From: Verrucomicrobiota bacterium | Lineage (GTDB): Bacteria; Verrucomicrobiota; Verrucomicrobiia; Limisphaerales; UBA1096 | Reading direction: 5' to 3' | DNA: 38,064 bases | NCBI GenBank assembly: GCA_018674955.1 | Contig: JABGZB010000281.1 | Span: 1 to 38,064 of the forward strand | Shown here: positions 7,794-18,200 of the stretch, in pieces | Numbering within the stretch: position 1 is the first letter of the stretch | Layout: each line of letters opens with the position of its first letter | The notes under the pieces: generated by a model | The model's input: the letters and a program-made list of their open reading frames with translations, nothing else | What the model was told of the DNA's origin: nothing | Databases searched by the model: none | Made by a program: the position numbers and the translations under genes

Positions 7794-10475
7794 ATGAAAA
7801 CCAAACAGAACAAGACAGAGATCACAAACATTGGAAAAGGAGTCAGTTTTAAGATCAGGATGAAAACGTCATTTAGGTTGGGTTGTCTTATGGGTTTGTT
7901 GACGGTTGGGTCTCCGTGGTGCCTTGGCCAGTGGCAGACGCAGACCTTCGCTCTGAAACAGGGTTGGAATGCCATTTACACCCATGTGGACGCCAAGCAC
8001 ACAACGATTGAACAGCTTGTACAGGGTGACGGGATCGAGGAGGTATGGATGTGGAGACCCAAACTCTCGACTATGCAGTATATCCAGTCGCCCGATCAGC
8101 CGCTGGATACCGTATCACGCTGGACGAGTTGGATAAGTTCCAACGCCGATGGTTCCTCATTGCAACGTTTAATTGGCAATGCGGCGTATCTTGTCAAAGC
8201 CGGCCAGGCTGTTAATTGGGGAATCAAGGGCAAACCGGTGCCTCCGCGTTACCAGTGGACCAGCACCGGGTTGAACTTGATTGGGTTCTCAACCAAGTCG
8301 GCTTCACCGCCTGTGTTCTCCAATTTCCTGAACCCGGTCAATGGCTTCGGCGCGGGAGCGCAGATTTTCTCCTACAACGGCGGCGATCTAGGCACGACCA
8401 ATCCGGCCCAGTTGTTCACACTCAACACCAGCACGGTCAATCGCGGCCAGGCCTACTGGATTCGCGCCACTGGCTACAATCGCTACTATGGCCCGTTCGA
8501 GCTGGGCTTGCAGGACTGGAGCGGCGTGCATTTTGGTGACAGCCTTTCGTCGTACAAGGTCGTGCTCAAGAACACCACCAAGAGTGATCTCACCGTGTCG
8601 ATGCAGTTGATTGATTCCGAGGCTGCCCCGGTGCAGGAGGGCATACCCGCCGTGGCCGGGACTCCGCCGATCATCGTTCGCGGCGACTACCAGTTGGCCA
8701 CCCTCACCCACGCCTACTCCGCGCTCAACGGCAACACCCAATCGTGGACGCTCAAGCCAAGCGGCGAAGCCGGTTCCGCCGTCGAGATTCCTTTGGGCGT
8801 GCACTGGGCGCAGCTCTCCGGCAGCGCGGGTGACACGTTTGGTGGCATCGTGCGTTTTACGGACAGCCTTGGTTATTTGCAGACGGATTTGCCGCTCACC
8901 GTCACCAAACCCGACACCAGCGGCCTGTGGGTCGGCCAAGCCAACATCAGCCAGGTACGCCACGGAATGAACACCTTTCAGAAAAGTTTCGTGAAGGGGC
9001 AGGTCAAGGCAGCAGCCAACGGCACACCGGACGCGCCGGTCACCGTTTCGTGGCTCAAGAAACAGGCCACCCAAACCAAGCTAACCGGCAAAACCTACGT
9101 TACCTCCGACGCCGGCTACCATCTCGTCGAGACCAAGTCGTACTCGAAAGTCACCGAGGGCGACGCTCTTTGGCTGCCGCCGGCGGACGAGAACGGCAGC
9201 CTGCTCACCGACCCGGCCACGTATTGGCAGGCACGGCCGCACCACGAAGCATTTGTGCAGGGATGGTACTACTCCGCTGGTTCCGTAGTGGCCACCGGCG
9301 ACAAGTCCAGCATCGACATGAAATTCGTCAGAAGAATCGTGCCCACGTTCCCTGCCGGGTTCACCGTGGCCCAGGACGCCACCACTTCTGCCTGGCATTA
9401 CGAGCAGGATGTGACCTACACCGGCGCCGCCGTGGATGGTGCACTCACGCCCCCGGCCAACGACGAGTCCGGTGCCACTCTGACTGACCCCTTGGCCTAC
9501 TGGAGCATCGTCTCGGGCACCTTGCAGGGCGACGACACCCCCACGTGGGCGCAGGCGGATGACGGCAGCTACAAGGCTGCCGCCGCCGGGGACATCACGC
9601 TCAAGTGGCGCAAGGTCACCGCCGAGACCACCGTGTACGAGACCATCGCCGTGGACGATCAGCCAACCCTGTTTCAGCACGAGTACAAGACCGTCTCCAA
9701 GACCGTGTTCCCGAGGCAACGCCTCACGTTAAGCGACATTTACACCGCCGACATGGCGGCGGACGAGGGGGTCATCTTCGGCGCACCAGCGCGGCCGCCT
9801 TTCGATTGGGAGGGCACCTTGGCCAAGGGCGGCACCGGCTCGTATGTCGTTGCCCACACCGACACAAGCTGGGGCGCGGTGGCCAAGCCGATGAAACTGC
9901 GCGTGATCGTCCACAACAACGCCGCCGCCGCTCCGGTCGCCAACCTGCTACAGCGGGTTTACATCGGCATCGACGACGCTAATGGTAGCCTCCTGCTGGC
10001 CACAGGGGCCGCCCTGTTGCCGGACGCCACGCCGGACGTGCGACGTGTCAGCGCCGTGCACCTGCCGTGGAGCGAGACCAACCTGCCGTGGGAGTTCACC
10101 GGTGCATTCGCCAAGGGCGGCACGCTGGCCGCCACCCTCACCGTCGGGCACGGCGACCACGCTTCCAACCCATTCTTGCACACCTATCACCCCGACCACG
10201 ACAACCTCGACGCGCGGTTCGAGAAAAAACTGGCGCAGGGGCAGGAGTCGTACGAGATCAAGCGCGAGATCACACTGCGCCTCAACGGTAGCCAGGCTGG
10301 GTTCGCCGGTCTGGCCCGGGGCGGCAGCGTAATCAGCGGCGAATATGAGGAGGTCGTCACTCTCAGCGGCAAGGCTAAGCTCTCCGGTACCGGCCACGAA
10401 AACCGGCAGTACGGCATGAAAGGCACCGTGGTATTCAGCCGCATCACCCCCGTTGCCACTCTGCGAACCAAGTGA
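7794..10475 (+). CDS. Exported beta-rich protein of unknown function (likely start ATG 7860); gene 1 of the four-gene locus
   Basis: Signal-peptide-like MKTSFRLGCLMGLLTVGSPWCLG/QWQ. Contains LKQGWNAI and GLNLIGF segments, an internal PP.D..G..LTDP..YW repeat, and C-terminal NPFLHTYHPDHDNLD. Its stop overlaps the next ORF. Confidence 0.8.
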   Translation: MKTKQNKTEITNIGKGVSFKIRMKTSFRLGCLMGLLTVGSPWCLGQWQTQTFALKQGWNAIYTHVDAKHTTIEQLVQGDGIEEVWMWRPKLSTMQYIQSPDQPLDTVSRWTSWISSNADGSSLQRLIGNAAYLVKAGQAVNWGIKGKPVPPRYQWTSTGLNLIGFSTKSASPPVFSNFLNPVNGFGAGAQIFSYNGGDLGTTNPAQLFTLNTSTVNRGQAYWIRATGYNRYYGPFELGLQDWSGVHFGDSLSSYKVVLKNTTKSDLTVSMQLIDSEAAPVQEGIPAVAGTPPIIVRGDYQLATLTHAYSALNGNTQSWTLKPSGEAGSAVEIPLGVHWAQLSGSAGDTFGGIVRFTDSLGYLQTDLPLTVTKPDTSGLWVGQANISQVRHGMNTFQKSFVKGQVKAAANGTPDAPVTVSWLKKQATQTKLTGKTYVTSDAGYHLVETKSYSKVTEGDALWLPPADENGSLLTDPATYWQARPHHEAFVQGWYYSAGSVVATGDKSSIDMKFVRRIVPTFPAGFTVAQDATTSAWHYEQDVTYTGAAVDGALTPPANDESGATLTDPLAYWSIVSGTLQGDDTPTWAQADDGSYKAAAAGDITLKWRKVTAETTVYETIAVDDQPTLFQHEYKTVSKTVFPRQRLTLSDIYTADMAADEGVIFGAPARPPFDWEGTLAKGGTGSYVVAHTDTSWGAVAKPMKLRVIVHNNAAAAPVANLLQRVYIGIDDANGSLLLATGAALLPDATPDVRRVSAVHLPWSETNLPWEFTGAFAKGGTLAATLTVGHGDHASNPFLHTYHPDHDNLDARFEKKLAQGQESYEIKREITLRLNGSQAGFAGLARGGSVISGEYEEVVTLSGKAKLSGTGHENRQYGMKGTVVFSRITPVATLRTK

Positions 10476-12118
10476 AACCCTACAATAAACCAATTTTTAA
10501 CAAATCAATGAACAACATGATCAAGACAAACCAAATGAAATCGAACGTGGCAGCTACCTGCCAGCGAATCCCGACTGGCCAGACGCACCGGCTCACGTCC
10601 ACCGCCTCAAGGTTCATAGGGATCCTTGCCATCTGCATGTGGGCGGTGGGCGCCTCGGCCCAGACCACGCCGTTTGACGGTATGGCCTTCCAGAGTTACC
10701 TGGTCGATTCCAATGGCGCCGCCATCAGTGGTAACAGGTCGCTCAAGTTCAGCATCTTCGACGCCGACTCCAGTGGCAACCTGAAGTGGGCCGAGACCCA
10801 GACCGTCACGGTCAACGCCGGCAACTTCAGCGTCATCCTCGGCGAGGGCACGTGGGACACTACGGCGGGCGCCAACCGCGTGACCTTGGCCACCGTGTTT
10901 AACGGGACGGAGCGCTACATCGAGATCGCCGTGGAAGGCACCGCATTGTCACCTCGGTTGCGGATGCTGCCTTCGCCTTTCTCGTTTAAAGCGAAAAATG
11001 CAGACCATGCGGTAAATGCGACAAATGCGACAAATGCAGACGTTGCGGTAGCTGCGATAAAAATTGTTGACACAAATGGTAGCGACAGAATGACATTCGC
11101 TGGGTCTAACGGAAACGTGAATGGCAATTTTACGGCTTTAGGAAAAGGAGGATTTGGCTTGGGAACTGGCAACAGTCCGCAATACCCGCTCCATGTAAAC
11201 AATACTACCGGTGGGACAACACTTTATTTGAAAGATGCTAACGGGTCTTTATCGCTAGGTGCTCAAAATACAAGCTACTATCATTTTGATACTGATCGAC
11301 CAATGTTTCATTTTAACAAGATGATTGTCACGGATAAGGAAATACAAGGAACACATTTTTATGCATCAAATGCCTCTTATTTTCGCGGCACAGGAAGACC
11401 GGGAGTTGCGATTGGTTCTCTATCAAATGGCTTGTCCGACAATATAATTGAAGGACTAGATTCTTCAGGAAACATGTCAAGTCTGCATTTAAATTATTAC
11501 TCCACTGAACCGGTATATGCAGGTTTAAATGGTGGTGGGGGAATGAGGGTTTATGGGAAACAAAACAGTTTGGGATACTCTACTTGGCCTATGAGTCTTT
11601 ATGTGGGCAGTATTGACGATCAACTTGGAACGATTTCAGGCCCCGGAAGAATTGCGATCGGATTCCATGCTAATAGGCATATTTATTTCATCGATGAACA
11701 GGAGGATCATTACACAGCTTCATTGAGTGAGGGTGGAACATGGTGGACCAACTCAGATATTAGATTGAAAAAGGACATTGAGGGTTTGGGCAATGTTCTT
11801 GATAGGTTAGTATTAATTAGGGGTGTTAAATATAAATATACATATAATAAAAGCAATGAGATACAGCTTGGTGTCATAGCTCAAGAAGTAGAAAAGCATT
11901 TTCCAGATTTGGTGAATGTCATGATGGAAGGGGAAGGGGGGGGTGGCGCTCAAGGGCAATCCCATTTAGGGGTCAATTACGACGGTTTTGCCCCTGTGTT
12001 GATCGAGGCCGTGAAAGAGTTGCGCGCGGAGAAGGACTCGGAGATCAACGAGCTAAAGGAGCGCTTGGCCAAGTTGGAGAAGTTGGTGGCCAAGCTGGGC
12101 GGCCCGGAATACCAGTAG
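10472..12118 (+). CDS. Exported tail-fibre-like protein with C-terminal Peptidase_S74 intramolecular chaperone domain
   Basis: Signal peptide (RFIGILAICMWAVGASA/Q) and an N-terminal FQSYLVD..G...KFSIFD...W.ETQTVTV..G.FSVILG domain. An A..A..A linker follows. The C-terminus reads SDIRLKKDI...L..IRGVKY...GVIAQEVE..FP.LV...VNY......LIEAVKEL plus a coiled coil. The true start may be a downstream ATG (10508-10534). Confidence 0.85.
   Translation: MKPYNKPIFNKSMNNMIKTNQMKSNVAATCQRIPTGQTHRLTSTASRFIGILAICMWAVGASAQTTPFDGMAFQSYLVDSNGAAISGNRSLKFSIFDADSSGNLKWAETQTVTVNAGNFSVILGEGTWDTTAGANRVTLATVFNGTERYIEIAVEGTALSPRLRMLPSPFSFKAKNADHAVNATNATNADVAVAAIKIVDTNGSDRMTFAGSNGNVNGNFTALGKGGFGLGTGNSPQYPLHVNNTTGGTTLYLKDANGSLSLGAQNTSYYHFDTDRPMFHFNKMIVTDKEIQGTHFYASNASYFRGTGRPGVAIGSLSNGLSDNIIEGLDSSGNMSSLHLNYYSTEPVYAGLNGGGGMRVYGKQNSLGYSTWPMSLYVGSIDDQLGTISGPGRIAIGFHANRHIYFIDEQEDHYTASLSEGGTWWTNSDIRLKKDIEGLGNVLDRLVLIRGVKYKYTYNKSNEIQLGVIAQEVEKHFPDLVNVMMEGEGGGGAQGQSHLGVNYDGFAPVLIEAVKELRAEKDSEINELKERLAKLEKLVAKLGGPEYQ
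11014..11040 (+). repeat. 9-bp tandem repeat (aaatgcgac x~3) encoding a NATNATNA linker
   Basis: The sequence aaatgcgac aaatgcgac aaatgcaga lies at the start of the AT-rich middle of the fibre gene. Confidence 0.7.
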
Positions 12119-12211
12119 AAAGTCGCAAGGGGAACGGCGAAGAACCGGGAAAAGGAATGTCGAAATCCGAACAACCGAGAACCGCATAGGTGTCTAAGCC
12201 ATGATGAACCA

Positions 12212-15200
12212 TTGAAGACCATGAACAGCAAACGATTTACCGTCCTGATTGTCACTGTGCTGGCGCTTGGCCAAAGCGCCTTGGCTGAGTACGCCGAGCT
12301 GCGCCAGGAGAAAAACCAGTTCAACAAGATGCAGACCGGTGCCGGCATCGTGCAACCCGTCGGCACAACCGGAAACCAGTTCAAAGCGGCGATCTTTTTT
12401 GCTTCCCCTACTCACGCTAGTACCGTGGCGGGCAAGCGTGAACCGCAGGCGGACGGCGCATATAGGTTGCAGCATACGCGAGTTGGCATCGCCTATTATG
12501 GTCGGGTGTTTCAGTATCAGTTTGGCTCGGTCATCTCTCCCCCGAACAAGGATGCAGATGGCAACGATCTCGCTGCCAATGCCTCCCCGCTGGACTACTG
12601 GAAAGCCGAGCCGCACAACGCCTACAAGGCGGAGTTATCCACTACTGCTGAGTATGGCCGCTTCTACTGGAGCGCCAGCGCTGAAAAGGTGTATGCGACG
12701 CGCCCCGGCCCGGCGGACATCGTATGGGTGAAGAAAATGCCGGTGGCCACCGCCAACAACCCAACCGTGACAGGCGCAGGCTGGGCGACCGAGACGATAT
12801 CGAACTCACTCAAGCTGCACAGCAAGACAGTCAGCAGCAAAGTGACCGAGATGTGGCAGGAGGAAAACGCTGTCTTTTACTCCGCCGCCGTTCACCGGGT
12901 CATCATCTCCGGAAGCCCATCAAAACCAGTCAAGCGGATTTATTGGACAGGGACGAGATATCCTGGGGTCTCTGTGACCATCCCCGACAGCCGTATTAGC
13001 AAGGTGAAAGTGGTTTACAATGATGCATTCCCGAAAAACGTTCCGAACGATCAGGCTGAAAAGCTGGCAGAGGAGGGGCTTGGCAATTCCGGCCTGTCAA
13101 CCTCAAGCGGAGTGGCCGTGCAAACCCAGACGCTGTGGTATTCCAAGACGGAGAAGGCGCTAAAGGCGTTGAATAAAGAGGGACGGGTTTTTGTGGAGTT
13201 CTTAGGCCAGATCATGCCTGGCACGAACATCCCTGAATCGCTGGGGTTTGAAGTGGTGGACGTAGTAAAGGAACCCGTATCTCAGTTGGAACTGGTGGAA
13301 CTGGGCGATCCCTTTCCGATCCTGCAGCCGGTGGCAAAGCATGCAGCGGGAACCAACCTGAATCTTTTCCCGCAGGTGGCCAATCTGCCCGAGGGCAAAT
13401 CGTTCGTGATGGAGCATTATTTTGGAGGCTTGGACGTGCGCCCTACGTTTTATGCCATTAGGGAAACAATGAATACAAGTGACCTGATCATGTGGTGGTT
13501 GATAGAGGGGGTGCAGGGGATAAAATGGCCGGAACGATATGTGCGGTATGATTTGAAGTGGCCGAGTGATCCCGCGAAGTACAGCCACTACGTGCGTCCG
13601 GCGGTGTCGAATGAGGAGGATGCCAAGGCAACTGCTGTGGCGTTGCCGACCCGGAACACCCCGGCGATTGCCTATCAGGATGATTCAGGTTTCCCACGAG
13701 GGAAACTGACCCCGGAGTATAAGTATTTCACCTATCTCAAGGATGATTTTCCGGTTCACCGGGCATTGTTGCAGTTTACATCCGGGGATCACGTCTATTT
13801 TGAGCGTGTCGCGTCGTGGTTGCAGGCCAATGTTCAGGCGAATGAATACCCGGAGAACCGAATTACCACCTCGTTCGGGGTGTCCGATGCAGACGGCAAG
13901 TTGACATCCCAATATTTCCAGTCAACCGGGGTCGCCAACAGTAAGGCGGTTGGCACCATTACATTTCCGGAAAAAATGGAGGCCCCACGCGTGGTGGCGG
14001 GGAACCTGACGGTTGTCGTGGGGAGTCGGGTGCCGACGCCATCGCTGGAGCATGGGGGCGCAAGTACGGAGTCTTATCTTGCCGGGTATATCCAGTCAGG
14101 AACGAGTTATTACTCCGACGCATATGTGGATCCGCTGAAAAATGGTTTCGATGAAGCCAACAAAGGGGCCATCATCCCAGTAAACGCCATCCCTGGGCAA
14201 AATAATCTTGAAATCTTGTGGTTCCGCAAAAATACAATGCGCTGGGTCAAGGACGACGTGGCAACGGTCGTGAATGAAGCCACCCAGGCGCAGTTGTTGC
14301 GGGAGCAACAGGGGTTTGACGCGGTTTACTGGCCGTCAGTGATCGGGACTTACACGATCAAGTGGCCTCACGAGAACTCAAATTATCTGAATGCCAGCAA
14401 GGATACCGCCATTGTGATGGCCAGCAACGACGGGAGTGGTCCGCTAAATAGCTTGCAGGCCAAGGGGTCAATTTATTTCCAGAACGACGCAACGCTGCCT
14501 GGCTATAACCCGAACGAGGAACACGCGATAATGCAGGGAGGTCAGCTGTATGCTTTGCGTAATGATCTGAACCTGACGTCATCGGCGTCAGTGACCAAAA
14601 TAAGTGACGAAACATACTCTTCAGAGCCATACGTACTGCTGAGTTACACAGGGTCGGACGATCGCCCGGCAATGCGGGCTTTTCGTGTAATGCAGGAACT
14701 GGGAGAGGACACATTTGACTACACGGTCGAAGCGGGAACGATTCTGCAAGCCCCCATGCCTTTGCCGTTAATGCAGAAGCTGAAAAATAATAAGGAGTTT
14801 TCAGGTTCGAAAATCACTGAGGCTGCTGCGCTAAATGGCGAAAATAATGGCAAAAATTTGGCGCCTTTGGGACGCCTTTATGGGAATACTGCAGCGGTCA
14901 CGGTAACCGTGGTTCAGGGTGTCGTCTATTCTTTCGTCAAGGGAGCCAACGAGGTCTCCTTGCTCAACGGGGCAGCGGCGTTTACTGCGAGCGCGACGTT
15001 CAAAGCTGCGTCCACAACCGTTACGTTATTCGGCAAAGCCAACATGCCCGACAACTTCGTCACGGCTGAAATACGCAATATTTCAAAACTTCACTCGATC
15101 AGGATCACGACTGAGGCAAACCATGGGTTTAGTGTAAAGGATGTAGTTCACCTGAGCCGGTTTTCGGAAAGCGGTAACAACGGCTGGGCGTATGTAGAGA

Positions 15201-18200
15201 AAAAAGTTAATGCCACAACAGTTGAGGTGACTCGGATTGCGAATCCGGAAATAGCAACATTGAGTCGTCTTAAATACGACATTGCGACTAAAAAAGTAAC
15301 ATTAGTGACGAGCAAACCTCATGGGATAGAGAGTGGCGATAAGGTCAAGGTGTTATTAAGTCAGTATTGGGATTATTATACGGGAGTTGAAATAGAACTG
15401 ACTGGAGAATACACCGTTTTAAGTGTTACATCGACAGAGTTAATTTTTAGCCCTGGTACTTTCACAGAATCTTTAACACTTGACTCACCGCCAAACGCGG
15501 ACCACTTGACTCGCATGTCGCACTCGTCGCTGGACATGGATGTTCTTCATTTGACCGCAACAGTGCCTGTCACCTCGACGATCGACAGTGCCAATCCGCC
15601 CTTGGCCAATTTGCAAAAACCGACGGATCTGGGAAGTTACACCAGCACCACCATGATGGATCGGAAGGACAACGTGTGGGTGTATCGCGGTCCGCATACA
15701 TCAAGTGACTTGGCGACATTCAAGATGCGGTATTATTACAAGACTTTGGCTGGGTTTTGGTTTCCTGGGCTTTCGCAGCAACCGGTAGTGGGAACCACCA
15801 TCCCGTATTTGCAAAATGATCCCGCCGCCCCTTGGCCAAGCGGAAGTTATGCCCCGCGCTTGGCCAAGGCCATCAAGTACAACGCGACATGGCCAAGCGG
15901 CGTGGCGGAATTGCGTCCTGGCCAAACATTGACGGCTCCGGTCTTTGGCCTCCCGGCGGTGCGAGGCAATACAAGTCTCAAAATACTATATCAGCAGGCG
16001 GCTGCCCTTGATCCATCAGATAGCAGCGCTACATTGCACGACCCGACCCGGGAGAAGGTTTACGACATGGCCACCGGTGCTGCGAAATTGGTAGAACTGC
16101 CGGCAAGCGTGGTCACGATGAGTCACAAGGGCAAAACCTATTTCACCCGACTGCCGCCGCACTTGGTGGATCGCTTTTTCTTCGACCCGATGCGAGGGAA
16201 GAAGGGGCAACTCGTTTTCAGGGGCGAGTTTGTGGATGAAATCGTCGGCGAGGATTATCTGCTGATGAATGTGTTATCCGGCAAGGATCTGAATGATCTG
16301 AAGAAACTGGCCGACCCGAACATGGGGAACACCAAGTGGAACAATGCCATCGCCGGACTCACGGCCAAGGTGGAGACGTTCAAGGAATCCGCAAACAAGT
16401 TCGGGGTGTTCGTTCCGTATGGCAAGCCGGCGATTGTCCCCGCGTCGAATCTCGTTAAAATCACCAGCGACGAAACGGCGGTGGACTCTTATGCGCTGAG
16501 CGCAAACGGCAACAAGGCAGGTTACGTGACGTTGATCGCCGGGGACGGTCAGGCGTTCACCCCAAAAGCCGAACCGGTGCAGATGCACGTCATCAAAGTC
16601 GGCGGCTCGCTGTATCGCGGTGAGGCAAAGGTGATTTTGTCAGACAACCCTCTCGCAGAAAAAGTGACATTCATGCACACCGGTGACTTGGCTGGCAGCA
16701 CGGACAAGTTTGACTACGACTGGCGGATTGCAGCACCGGAGGATGGATTGCCCCCGGCGGTTTCCGAACGCAACCCGATCTCTGGCGCTACAGCCACTAT
16801 CCCGACAACAGGGTGGAAGCATCTGCGCCAGATCCCAACTGCAGGAGTTCCCGCTTCGAGTGATGCCCGATGGGTGGCTGCCGGGCTGGGGACGGTGACT
16901 GTGCAGGAATCCAGCACGGTATCGGCGATCAGTTTTGTGACGGTCGCCGATCAGTTTGACACGATCGAGGTCACCGCGAGTGGAGCGTCTGCCTTCAAAG
17001 TCGGGGATTTTGTGAACCTGGTCGGATTTATTCCGACAACGTTGAATGCAGAGGGATTGGAAGTAAAAGCTGTTAACGGGACCAAACTTGAGTTGGCCAA
17101 GGACACGGTGGCTGGTCTGCCGGTTGCCCAGACGTTTGGCACTATCGAAGAATCGTTGGTTGGGGTCACCGCCAGTTCGGCAGGCAGTGTGCTTGCCGGG
17201 GAATTTCAAGTACCACCTGACAAAGTTCCAACGGATGTTTACCTGAGCATGACGGCGGATCCCAATTTGGGGGTACGTGTGAAGGTTGGCAGCGCAGTAG
17301 TGGCGGTGAAAAATGTCAGTACAATCGCGGAGGGCGATGCGGACTCGACGGTCTCTTCCGCCCCCAGTTCATTCCAGCCGTTGTCATTGGTTTATGGCGT
17401 CGATACATCCCTGCTCAGCAGTAGTGGGGTGAACAAAATCACGGTGGAAATGTGGAGCGACGCCAAGCCGGGCGCCAGCCTCGCGTTCAACTTAAAACTT
17501 GAGGCCAATGAACTAGTGGACAAGGTGATGGTTGCCGGTTCGAAGTGGCTGGCGAGAAAAAACGGGAATGACTTACGGAGTATCATTATCGGCGAATCTG
17601 CGGATGTGCAGGCTTTGAGTGACAACTATATTGTTATGCGTTACCGGGCCACTGAAAGCAGCCACCTAACCTGGAACGATACGGATGGCGACAGCAGCAC
17701 CAACGAGGGGTGGTCACCCTGGACAGAGCCGCAATTGGCGGAGGGCTGGATCAAGCGTGTGCTGGCCGGGATCAATCCGTTTAACCAACGAGCCGGTGAC
17801 CTCTTCAGCAATGCCGTGGATACGTCCGGCAGTATCTTGACCCAGGCCGGCAAGCGATGGGAGGGCGACGTTGCGTTGAACATGGAGAATATCAACGACT
17901 ACGGCTTGATAGAAATCTACGAGACGGTGATGGGGCGTGGCCGGATGTTGAGTATCGATGCCGGGATCGACTACGGTCCAGCCAACGACGCGCTGCTGCT
18001 AGCGGCTGGCTATATCAACGACCTGTACATGATGCTCGGCAATGAGGCGTGGGCCGATGCGGCCAACCCGACCATAGGGATCGGCACCAAGGATAAGACT
18101 TATGGCGACATAGCCACGGCGTTGTTTGCCTTCAAGGGGCAGGTGGCCAGTTTGCTGGAGGAGGAACTGGCATTGCTTCGGGGGCGCGATGACTTTCTGC

